A DNA stretch of 64,000 nucleotides from Hemiscyllium ocellatum (Eukaryota). Below the pieces are notes generated by a model, which saw only the letters and a list, made by a program, of their open reading frames with translations, did not search any database and was not told where the DNA came from. The stretch covers positions 8,401,201 through 8,465,200 of the forward strand of contig NC_083435.1 of assembly GCF_020745735.1 (NCBI RefSeq), read 5' to 3'. The position numbers and the translations under genes were made by a program. Shown one piece after another: positions 53,101 to 64,000 of this stretch. Each line of letters starts with the position of its first letter. Within the stretch, counting starts at the first letter, position 1.

Positions 53101-54440
53101 CTGGTAAAATATAACATTTTAAACAATGTAATCAGTGCCATGATTCTATCTGATGGTAATACTGAACAAATAAGGTCTCAGAGTAAAAGCTGGCATGATA
53201 CACCACAAGACTAATGTTTAAAATTTGGATTTGTGATGGTCAGTCACTGAACATATGCATGAAGTTACCGACGTAACTAAAGAAAATAAGTTGCTGACAC
53301 AAAATGGAAAAAGGGAAGGTGACAGCCTTGTGGTATTATCGCTGGACTGTTAATCCAGACACCCAGTTATGAAGTCTGGCATGGCAGATGTGAAGTTTAA
53401 ACATATAAATTTTGAACGTACATAAAACATATGCATTTGACCAATGAATATCGGGAATTAAAGTCTAATGATGACCATGAACCCATTGCTGATGGTGAGA
53501 AAAACTGTCCCCATTGAGAAATCCATTTCAGGCATATAGTAAAGATGGTAGTGTACAGTGGTGGCAACAGTTACGTAATCTGGAAAGACTTTAATCTGAA
53601 GTCCTGACTACAACCCAGGATCGTGTGAAAGATCCTAAGGCAATGTTCTAAAGATGAGAAGGGTGTTTCTCATTCTCTGTCAACGGGAAAAGTCTAATAG
53701 CTTAAACAACATGATCTGATCATTATCATTCTTTGTAGAATCTTGGCATGTGTAAGTTGGTCACTGCAATTCCTAGCATATGTCAGTAATTGTAATTCAA
53801 AAATAATTATTTAACAGTAATGTGCTTTGAGATGCAGAGATTATGAAAGGTATTGTGTATTAATGTATATCAATCATCCCTTTTGTCAATTACTGTACAT
53901 TTGTTTCTTGATTGTGGGATAGACCAGATCACTTCCTGTGCCTGCTCCATCATTCAATCAAATCATAGCTAATTATCCATCTCCACTTCACTTTCTTACC
54001 AGTTCCAGGGAGAAAGATAAAAATCACACAACACCATGTTATAGTCCAACAGGTTTATTTGGAAGCACTGGGTGGTTGTGGAGTATAAGATCATTAGACA
54101 CAGAATTAATAGCAAAAGCTGAAATTATATATTGAAAAAGACTTGGATTGTTTGTTAAGTCTCATCTTTTAGAATGACCATGTTGGTTTCAGTTCTTTCA
54201 GATGTAAATCCCAGAACTTTTTTGTTAAAGTTACAGTCAACTTTAACAATAGGTGCCATGTCAGCCCAGATAATGCATTGAAGGTGTGAGGTGCCCTGTG
54301 TGATACTATCTGTGCCCCAATGTTCAGACTGATTCTATTTCTAAAAAAGGAATTTATGGAATCTTACATGGATTCATACAGTTTTTGAGCACCATAAAAT
54401 GTAATTCTGCAAGTACAAACTCACCCTATAAACCCATGAC

Positions 54441-55261
54441 ACAGACAGGATGCAGAGCTGGGCTGAGAAATGGCAGATGGAGTTCAACCTGAATAAATGC
54501 GAACTGCTGCATTTTGGAAGGACGAACTCAAATGCTGAATATAGGATTAAAGTCAGGATCCTTGGCAGTGTGAAGGAACAAAGGGATCTGGGTGTGCAAG
54601 TACATAGATCCCCCAAAGTTGCCACCCAAGTGGATAGGGTTATTAAGAAAACATATGGTGTTTTGGCTTTCATTAACAGGGGGATCGAGTTTAAGAACTG
54701 CGAGATTTTGCTACGCTCTCCAAGTCCCTGGTGAGATCACACTTGGAATATTGTGCCCAGTTCTGGTTGCCTTACTACAGGAAAGATACAGAGGCTTTGG
54801 AGAGGGTGCAAAGGTTTACCAGGATGCTGCCTAAACTGGAGGGCTGGCCTTATGAAGAGAGGTTGACTAAGCTTGGACTTTTCTCTTTGGAGAGGAGGAG
54901 GAAGAGAGGTGTTCAAGATAATGAGAGGAATTGATAGAGTCAATAGCCAGAGACTTTTCCCCAGGACAGGATTGACTGGCATGAGGGGTCATAGTTTTAA
55001 GATATTAGGAGAAAGGTATAGAGATGACATCAGAGATAGGCACTTTACGCAGAGAGTTGTGAATCCATGGAATGCATTGCCAGTGGTGGTGGTGGAAGCA
55101 GAGTCATGAGGGATACTTAAGCGACTGCTGGACATGCACATGGATAGCAGTGAGTTGAGGGGTGCGTAGGTTAAGTTATTATATTTTACATTAGGGTTAA
55201 ATCTTGGCGCAATATTGTGGGCCAAAGGGCCTGTTCTGTGCTGTACTTTTCTCTGTTCTAT

Positions 55262-55262
<1 letters not shown>
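54441..55262 (+). mobile_element. CR1 LINE 3' fragment
   Basis: [32 protein letters not shown]. Confidence 0.9.

Positions 55263-55330
<68 letters not shown>
55263..55330. repeat. (GT)n/(GA)n microsatellite, followed by degenerate GT-rich sequence to ~55545
   Basis: Direct reading. Confidence 0.95.
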
Positions 55331-55998
55331 ATGATGGGGTGTAAGTGTCTGTGAGAGAGTGTGTGTATGTGTCTGTGTGAGAGTGTGAGTGTAAAGGGGT
55401 ATAGGTCTGTGAGAGGGTTTGTGTGTGGATGTGAGTGTGGGAGTGTATGTGTGAGTGTAGGAGATAGAGCTTTTGTATGAGAAAGGGCGTGCATGAGTGT
55501 ATGGGTCTATAAGGGTGTGTGTGTGTGTGCGCGCACGCGCGCAGTGGGGTCACCTGTAGTGTTACATGAACTCAAAGTCCCGGCTGAGGCCACCCTCTCA
55601 CACACACATATATAGGTTTGTGAGGCAAATTTGTACTTGCAGAATTATATTTTATTTTGCTCAAAAACTGTATTAATTCATGTAAGATTTTGTAAATCCC
55701 TTTTTTAGATTAGAATCAGTCTAAACATTGGGGTACAGACAGCCTCACACAGAGCACCTCACACCTTCAATACATTATCTGGGCCGACATGGCACCTGTT
55801 GTTAAAGTTCACTTGAGAATGTAACTTCTAAAAAAAAAGTTCTGGTATTTACATCTGAAAGAACTGAAACCAACATGTTCATTCTAAAAGATGAGAGATT
55901 TAACAAACAATCCAAGTCTTTTTCAATATATAATTTCAGCTGCATCACACTAAGCTTTTGCTACAAATTCTGTGTCTTACGATCTTATACTCCATAAC

Positions 55999-56033
55999 CA
56001 CCTGATGAAGGAGCAGCACTCTGAAAGCTAGTG
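55999..56033 (+). ncRNA. Minimal hammerhead, core intact, stem II weakened
   Basis: cac-CTGATGA-AGGAGC-agc-ACTCT-GAAA-GCTA-gtg. Confidence 0.55.
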
Positions 56034-56873
56034 CTTCCAAATAAACCTGTTGGACTATCACCTGGTGTTGTGTGAATTTTAACTTTGTACACCCCAGTCC
56101 AACAGTCCACACTTCCAAATTAGGGAGAATGAGACAGAGAGCCATTCCCATCCAAATCTCTCTCTTAACTTCAAATTTTTTTTTTCTTAAGAAAAGCTCA
56201 CATTGTAGCCAAGTGGTTTCCAAAAGATTGAAAACTGTACAAATCATTCTGGTGGGGATGTTAAGGTTAAGGTTGTGATCTTATGATTCAATCTCATTCA
56301 CTCAGTATTCAAATTTCAACACATTAGCCAAGCATGTTCCTGAAAGGGATTTAGGAAACTTGGTTGACTTTATGTTCAATGTGTCACAGCAGTGCAGCCA
56401 CTGACAACATTGATAAAGCTTGGAAACATTTTTGCCGAAGAGATGATGGAATTGATTTGAATGCTGGAGAGAAGAGGCCAGAAAGCTGATCCACCCTGAC
56501 ACCAAAGGCCAGTTAGGAAAAGAGGTTTGGGCATTTTCACCAAGACACAGACATCTGAGAAATGGATATATTTATAAACACAGGTCATGGGAAGAGTAAA
56601 TAGGGGGCACTACAATAATTTAAATTTTGAGAGTGGGATACCAGGATGACAAGGATTCCAAAGTATAACTCTATGATGAAATTCTTCACACAGTTTACTG
56701 ATGGGGAATAGATTTGCAGGAAGAGTTGTGGAGGGAGAAATCCCTAGGATGCTGACATGATGCTTGGAAGAAAGTCTCGATGAAGGAACATAGCCAGATC
56801 AAATAGGCTTGCTCATCTGTGTATGTCTTGTGATCTCGGTGGAGATGAAACACTGACTAAGCCAGGGATTCTC

Positions 56874-56909
56874 ATTCCTGATGAAGGGCTCTGGCCCGAA
56901 ACGTCGAAT
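56874..56909 (+). ncRNA. Minimal type-I hammerhead ribozyme, perfect
   Basis: attc-CTGATGA-A-GGGC-tctg-GCCC-GAAA-C-GTC-gaat; predicted cleavage after C56905; start of a Penelope-derived terminal fragment to ~56970. Confidence 0.88.
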
Positions 56910-57327
56910 TTCCTGTTCCTTGGATGCTGCCTGACCTGCTGTGCTTTAACCAGCAACACATTTTCATTCTCAAGCAGGAAACCAAGTCTGCTGAACTACG
57001 TTACCATTATTTGAATCATATTGATAAATCCAGTAATTTCATGGTCACCATAATAGAGACTAACTTTTTATTCCAGATTTATTTTATTGAATGTAAATTT
57101 CCCAGCTGCTATGATAGGACTTCATGCATCTGCATTATTAGGAATATTGGATTTTACATTAATAATTTAGAAACATAGTCACTGGGATAATCTATTCACA
57201 AGTAGTTGGCTGCTCTAGGTTGAATGAGTTTTTCTTGTAGTCTAAAATTGTTCATTTCTAATTTAGTAACCCTCATAGGGCTAGACAAATAAGGCATCAG
57301 ATTAAATTTAATATAAATTTTTCTTAC

Positions 57328-57388
57328 CTGGCTTTGCAATTTGAAGAATACAGAATAGGAACACAACACTGATACATCTTCTGTTCAT
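57328..57388 (-). CDS. Butyrophilin-like signal-peptide exon
   Basis: ATG at 57388; MNRRCISVVFLFCILQIAKP + G|gtaaga; joins IgV in frame (P-E-T-F-D-V). Confidence 0.85.
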
Positions 57389-58674
57389 CTTTGCACAGAT
57401 TTAATTGATTACCTCAAAGAAAATCCTTGTTAACCTTTTGAAGAGAGCATCAAAATAATCAAAAGCACTGAGATTAAGCTGAAGCATGCTAAAATGAATG
57501 ATTGCTAAATTTCTGATGGTCAAGAAGAGCCCTGGCCAATATTCTATTCGCCTTCCTGTTTACCTGCTGCTGCACAAAGTTACCTATGTGTTAACTTTCT
57601 GTGTTTCGTGAACAAGCAGCCCAAGTCCTGCATTGAGTTTTCTGCCAATTTTCTCCATTTAAAAAACACTGTTTTTTTGTTTTCCCTTCCAAAACGAACA
57701 TTCTCCCATATTATGCTCCATTTGTCAACTTTCTGCCCGCTCAGTCTCTGCAAACTGTTTCCATCCTTCTTACGACTTGCCTTTCCACTTATTTTTGTGT
57801 TACCTGCAAATTTGGCTGAAGTACATTAGCTTCCTTCCTTCATTGATATATAGTATAAACAGTTGTGGTCCCAGCACTGACTCCTGTGGAACCCCGCTGG
57901 TTTCAGGTTGCCAATCTGAAAATAACCCTTTATTCCCATTCACTGTTTCCTGCCCATTAGCCAATGACTAATGACTAATCCTGAATCAATGCGAACAAGG
58001 TTCTGTAATCCTTGTAGAACAAAAGATCACTAACAAACCGTTTCTCTCTTCACAGATATTACCTACCCTGCTATAAGCTATACCCAGCATTTTCTTTCAG
58101 AATTCCTGATTCCACAGTATTTCACTTTTATAAAAAATCAATTTTTCTTATTGTCAATTGATTTCCTGTCTCAATGGCTTCTTAAAAGGATAGGGATTCA
58201 GATTCCCACTTTCTCCTGTAGGAAGAAGTGCCTCCTGACAGAAGCCCAGCTTTGTGCTTGTGGCTTTGGCCGCAGTCAATAGCCTTGTCTAAAGTCAGAC
58301 TTTAGATACCAAGCAGTCAGGAACTTCGAACCAAGGAGACAACTTTGCCACTATTTTGCTCCCTTCACCTGTAGCGCTGTACTTTTCCTGGTCCATGCTG
58401 AATAACTCAGTGCAACTGGTTCCTTATCCGAAACTCTCTTTTCATCCATCAACTCTTCACCAACAAGAGACAAGGAGAAAGCAAACCTAAGATAATTTTA
58501 AAGAAAGCTCATTCTTCTCACATATGGACACACCAGGACTCCATAATAAATCACCTACTCTGGTCCTATTTCGAAGATAAAAAAGATTGCCTTGTCAAAG
58601 TGGGGCTCTACCCCAAGTTCTGGACAACATCTCAGTTCAATTTAATATTGTTTTAGTTCAATTGCTGGCTTTTT

Positions 58675-58928
58675 TTAGATTAGATTAGATTACTTACAGT
58701 GTGGAAACAGGCCCTTCGGCCCAACAAGTCCACACCGACCCGCCGAAGCGCAACCCACCCAGACCCATTCCCCCACATTTACCCTTCACCTAACACTACG
58801 AGCAATTTAGCATGGCCAATTCACCTAACCTGCACATTTTTGGACTGTGGGAGGAAACCGGAGCACCCGGAGGAAACCCAGACAGACACAGGGAGAATGT
58901 GCAAACTCCACACAGACAGTCGGCCGGA
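58675..58928 (-). mobile_element. Young HE1-type SINE, 5'-truncated
   Basis: (TAATC)n tail and gtgtggagtttgcacattctccc..gggtgctccggtttcctcccacagtcc core. Confidence 0.88.
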
Positions 58929-59321
58929 GTCTTTCGGTCTTGTGCGCCAAGTGACAGCCTGTATTCTACATTAGATCGACGTCAGGTTTCAGAAGTGCTG
59001 CATTTTATTAGCTGCAAAATATCTGGATTGTTTTGAGGGCATGAGTGGTGCTACATAAATGCAAGTCTATATTTCTACTGAAATGAGATTTAGTACGACA
59101 GAAGCCTGGGTGGAAGGCTATGTGGGGTTAAAAACTCAAGAGTTCCTCTTTTTAAAAACTCTTTGCGGACTGCTTCCTGGTTCTACAGTAGTCGGAACAC
59201 AGCCTGAGTTGTCAAAACGTCCTCACCCCCAGGATGAAAGGGCGGAACGCGGCGGCGGACTTTTAGCACATTTTAATTCCCGAGGATCAATCGGGAACCC
59301 TTAAACCCCAGCGATTCTTAC

Positions 59322-59570
59322 CCATATCCTGGTGAGGTGAAGGCTTCCTGAACCCACGGACTTGGTCAGCAGCTAGTTCCTGTGTCACTGGGTTGGCATC
59401 CAGAAGCTGCAGCGAGCACCTTGTCCCAGTTTCTCCTCAGCAAGTCTGTAAGCACTGCTCAGCAACAAAACCAGTACCAGAGCCACCTCCTTAATGTGGA
59501 CTTACTGACCCTCAACACAAGCAGAGAAACTTCAGCCGCTGTCCAAAGAGAAGGGGAAATGATTTCAAAA
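59322..59570 (-). other. Candidate non-coding first exon of the BTN-like gene (5' end approximate)
   Basis: Donor GGATATGG|gtaaga at 59322/59321 in a CpG-rich patch just downstream of promoter motifs. Confidence 0.45.
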
Positions 59571-59584
59571 TGGAGAGAATAAAT

Positions 59585-59620
59585 GGGCGGGCCAGAAAGT
59601 GAAACCGTGCAAAGGATTGG
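59585..59620 (-). promoter_or_regulatory. CCAAT box, IRF-E/ISRE and GC box cluster
   Basis: ATTGG 59616-59620, GAAAGTGAAACC 59595-59606, GGGCGG 59585-59590. Confidence 0.65.
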
Positions 59621-59789
59621 TAGACCACTGAGTGATAAGCGTTTTATGACAGGGGATACTTGTTCCCGGGGTGTGGGCGCCGCTGATTGTGCCAGCTTTT
59701 ATTGCTGACCCTGAGATGCCCTTGAGAAGGCGGTGATCAACTTAGGGAGTTTAACCCAGTCACACTGAGGGAACTGTGATCTCTTTCTA

Positions 59790-62700
59790 AGGCAGGGTGC
59801 TGAGTAACTTGGAGGGAATTGATGAGGAAAGACCAACTTCTAAAGTCTTCTTACCGAAGTTCTCCATCTTGTCGGCGGTCCCGTTGTGTGTGCTTCCTGC
59901 GCAGAGGAGTCGGGTTGTAACAATCCATATGTACAACCCCCACGTCCCAGCAGCGGATGTCCTGAGAAGATACGCCCAGGTTGAGGGAGAAAGCACTGAT
60001 GTGGTTGATCCTTTCGGGATCTGGACCAGCAAACGACAGGTCAGGGTAACCCTGAGGGTCGATGCCAGTGGGAACATCCTCCACCCACCCTCCAGCTTCG
60101 CAACCGGATGAGCAGAGGGTACCTGACATACGCAGGGCAGCCGCAAGTGTGCCGAACCTGCGGGAGGTCAGGCCACATGCCGGCGGATTGTCAGGTGACC
60201 GTCTGTTGGAACTGCAAGCAGGAAGGCCACCTGACCAAGGAATGCAAAGAGGCCAAGAACTGTGCGGAGAGGCGGGCCACATGTACAAGCCTGCCCAAGA
60301 CGAGGGGCCGCCACCTACGCACAGATGGCCGGAGGTAGCAACACGAGCCGTGGGCCAACTAAGACCAGCACAGTACCACAAAACAGCACGGGAACGGTGT
60401 CTGGAGGCACCCAGAAGGAAGGGCAGGCTGTAGCGGAGCAGACGGCAGACAGCGGGGAGATGCAGCAGCTGATCCAAGCTCCTTCAAGACAGACAGAGGA
60501 AATGGAAGAGGAGGGATCAAAGGAGGCAGAGGATTGGATTACTGTCAAAAACAGGAAAAAGAAACCTCACCAGGCCCACAAAGCCACTCAGCGAAGGGGG
60601 AAGCGACACCTACACAACGAGGATACAGGCAGCTCTTGCGACGGTGAGGATGGGTGCAAGGAGGGTCATCATCAGAGGAAGAGACAGAGCTCTGCAGGGA
60701 AAAAGGAGGGCAGCACCGCCCAAACAGGGAAAGACGATCCCCCTGAGGGGAAGGGTAAAGGCCTCCCCCTACCCGGTGAGAACCAAGAGGGACCCACCGG
60801 CCCACAGCTCCAGGTAACTGGGAGCGGGGAAATGGCCCCAGCGTGGAGCCGGACACCTACCTCAGCCCTGGGAGGGTCTAGCAGTTTGCCGTCACCACGG
60901 GAATGCACACAGCAGAGGCAAGACCAGCAGCAAATGGACACTGTTAACCTTGTAAACTGTTAAAATGGGGTTTAAAATTGCCAGTACCAAGGTGCATAGC
61001 ATCAAATTGGCAACGCAATGTGTTTCAACGATGGCCTTCCTGGCCAGCGTTAAAGCCGACGTCCTGTTTCTGCAGGAGTGTGGGATACCGCACCTGAGCA
61101 GCTACAGGAGATGGTCGAACTTGTGGGCCCATGGGCCGTCAGTTTGGTTGGGGGGGAACGATAGCCGCGCCTCCGGCCTGGGTATCCTGTTGTGAGGAGG
61201 CAACTTCACCATCTCCGAGGTTAAGGAGGTGGTGGGTGGGCGCCTCCTTGTCACCGACGTCAGGTACAGGAATGCTCCCCTGAGACTGATTAATGTGTAC
61301 GCTCCAGTGGGTAAGAGGGAACGGTTGGCCATCCTGCAGCAGCTTCCACTGTTGCTGGCTACGTCCAGGCCGGTCATTCTGGCCGGAGACTTCAACTGTA
61401 TCATTGATGCAGATGGACGATCCGGCGGGGGGGACAGTAAACTGGACGCCACGTCCAGAGCCCTGATGGACACGGTAAAAGATGCCAAGCTGCACGACGT
61501 CTTCAGCACCCCTGCAGACGGAGCGCAGCGTAGATGCACCTGGTCACGGGCAGACGGGTCTATCCGCTCAAGGATAGATTACCTGTTTGTGTCCCGAATG
61601 CTCTCGGTCAGATCCACCAACGTCAAGCCGGTGTTCTTCTCTGACCCTGCCTCCTGCTGGCCGACTGTCACCTACAGGACGAGCAGCGAGCGGGTAAGGG
61701 AACGTGGATGCTGAACACAAAGCTGTTGACCCCGGGAAACATTGAGGAGCTCAAGAGGGACTACGCAGGTTGGAGAACCGTGAAGCCCCTCTTTGAGTCC
61801 CCAGCGGACTGGTGGGAAACAGTAAAAGGGAACATCAAGAGGTTCTTCATCCTCAAAGGTGTTCAGGAGGTGAGAAAGAGGTGGGGAAAACTGTCCCAGC
61901 TCCAGGAAAGTATGCAGAACCTGCTCCTGCTGCAGACGATGGGGGTCGATGTCATGGAGGACCTCAAGGAGGTGAAGGGCCAGCAAGCCTCGCTCTTTGC
62001 CTCTGAGGCCTCCAAGATAATCTTCTGGTCCAGGGTCCGCTCGGTGGAGCAGGACGAGACGTGCTCATGTTTCTTCTTCCAGAAGGTGCACAAAGAGAGC
62101 TCTGTGCTCAGCAGCCTGAAGGAAGAAGATGGCTCAATAATGTCATCTCAGGCTGACGTCATGAGGATCAGTAAATCCTTCTATGCCAGTCTGTATGACG
62201 CGAAGCCGACCGACGGCGCGGCCTCCCAGTCGTTCCTGTCCTCTATCATGGAGGTCTTAGACAGCAGAACACGGGTGAGGCTGGATCAACCGCCAACTCT
62301 GGATGAGCTGACCAAGGCCCTCAAATCCTTTGAAAAGAATAAAACTCCTGGAAGCGACGGCTTACCGGTCGAGCTCTATTCCGCTCTGTGGGACTTGATT
62401 GGCCAGGACCTGCTGGAGGTGTATGTCAGTATGCTTCGGGCAGGTACCATGAGTGAATCCATGAGGATAGGCATCGTCACCCTCATCTACCAGCGGAAGG
62501 GGGAGAGGGAGGAACTCAAAAATTGGAGACCAATCTCACTATTGAATGCGGATTACAAAATTTTGTCAAACGTTATCGCAAACCGGGTCAGGTCTGCTCT
62601 GGGGTCAGTGATTCACCCTGACCAAACCTGTGCTGTACCGGGCAGGAAGATCGTTGAGAGCCTCGCACTCCTCAGGGATACTATCGCCTACGTGCAGGAC

Positions 62701-64000
62701 AGAGGGTTGGATTCCTGCCTGATCAGCCTGGACCAGGAGAAAGCCTTTGACAGGATATCGCATACGTATATGACAGATGTTCTCTCCAAAATGGGCTTTG
62801 GGGAGTGAATCTGCAATTCGATCAGACTGCTCTACACCAACATTGTCAGTGCAGTCTCAGTCAATGGGTGGGAATCAGATAGCTTCCCAGTCAGATCTGC
62901 AGTCAGGCAGGGCTGCCCTCTCTCTCCTGCCTTGTTTGTGTACTGCATAGAGCCATTTGCCGAGTCCATCAGGAAGGATGCGAGCCTGAGAAGGGTGATT
63001 ATTGCTGGCAGGGGGGGCCTGCAGGTTAAGGCCTCCCTGTACATGGATGACGTTGCCGTTTTCTGCTTGGATCCGCTGTCCGTGCGCAGACTCATGTGCA
63101 TATGTAACCAGTTCGAACGGGCCTCGGGGGCCAAGGTAAACCGAGGCAAGAGCAAGGCCATGCTCTTCAGGAACTGGGCCGACCAATCCTCGATCCCCTT
63201 CACCGTCAGGACCGACCACCTGAAGGTGCTGGGTATTTGGTTCGGGGTGGAGGGTGTCTGGGACGTGTGCCAAGTCTTGGGAAGAGCGTATCAGCAAGTG
63301 AGGCAGAAACTGGGCAGATGGAAGCTATGGTCATTCTCCGTCGCAGGAAAAAACCTGGTCATCAGGTGTGAGGCACTGTCAGTGTTGTTCTCTGTGGCAG
63401 AGGTCTGGCCTATTCCCAGAACCTGTGCCACTGCAGTCACCCAGGCCATCTTCCAATTTGTATGAAGATCAATGATGGACCGGGTCCGAAGGGACTCGAT
63501 GTATAAATATCTGGGCAACAGGGGAAAAAATACACCTAATGCCACCCTCATCCTGATGGCCATCTTTGTGTTTCTGCATCAAGCTGTGCGTGGATCCCCG
63601 GTATGCAAACACCAAGTGTCACTACATACTGAGGTTCTACCTGTCCCCGGTGTTGCAAAGGATGGGCCTGACCTCGCTGCCACGGAACGCTCCGAGTAGT
63701 TGGACCGTTCCGTACCACCTGTCCTTCGTGGAGAAGTTTATGAAGAAAAACACATTTGACCACAAGTCCATCAGGAAGTGGTCAGCACGTAGTGTCCTCG
63801 AGACCCTTCGGGAAAAGGAGAGGGCGGATCCTATCGAGCGGTTCCCTGAGCAGACTGTCAAAGCCATTTGGTAGAATGCCTCATCGCCAGAACTTTCCAA
63901 CAAGCAACAAGACGTGGCTTGGCTGGTGGTGAGAAGGGCTCTGCCTGTGAGATCCTTTATGCACGCCGGGACTCTTTGCTGCACCACATGCTGCCCTCAA
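59790..64000 (+). mobile_element. Tx1-clade non-LTR retrotransposon, decayed, 5'-truncated, runs off the window end
   Basis: ORF1 with CCHC knuckles (CRTCGRSGH, CWNCKQEGH, CGEAGH) ending TAA 60963; ORF2 from ATG 60965 with APE (FLQE, NVYAP, GDFN, RIDY) and RT (KTPGSDG, NWRPISLLNADYK, DQEKAFD, YMDD); several stops and frameshifts. Confidence 0.93.

Larger units (their letters stand above)
54015..56121. mobile_element. Composite fold-back Penelope-derived unit enclosing a CR1 fragment
   Basis: Arms ~54018-54438 and ~55612-56090 are reverse complements; CR1 at 54441-55262; flanked by AGGGAGAA at 54007-54014 and 56122-56129. Confidence 0.8.

Noticed and set aside
55197-55553. His/Thr-repeat ORFs
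   Set aside because: These are translations of the (GT)n microsatellite.
679-56970. Recurrent gatgctgcctgacctgctg..ttttccagc repeat as a CRISPR-like array
   Set aside because: Copies are dispersed over kilobases in both orientations, with no regular spacers or cas genes; they are retroelement termini in vertebrate DNA.
59787-63987. Many overlapping or antisense ORFs of 100-200 aa
   Set aside because: They are shadow frames of the GC-rich Tx1 element.

Overview
This is vertebrate DNA, almost certainly a shark or other elasmobranch, judged from HE1-type SINEs, abundant CR1 LINEs and shark-type TRIM exons. It is repeat-rich, has one 142-N gap (9278-9419), and shows no CRISPR, rRNA or true tRNA gene. 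Two minus-strand immune genes can be assembled by hand from splice sites. (1) A butyrophilin-like gene: non-coding exon ending at 59322, leader 57328-57388, IgV 52753-53100, IgC 49916-50200, TM 47617-47736, candidate micro-exons at 40-42 kb, and a B30.2 exon 35913-36451. (2) A TRIM-derived gene whose RING/B-box exon (18704-19112) has decayed into ATG-free sequence, while four downstream exons still give a 247-codon coiled-coil-stub plus PRY-SPRY ORF. Both have an IRF/ISRE motif and a GC box at the 5' end. The rest is CR1, Penelope-like, Tx1, Gypsy and SINE material. About 20 minimal type-I hammerhead ribozyme motifs are present, two of them perfect, mostly in short fold-back Penelope-derived inserts with 12-16 bp target-site duplications. 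Repeat boundaries are approximate and family names come from recognition, not database search. The hammerhead/Penelope link is established biology; the gene models are manual and untested.
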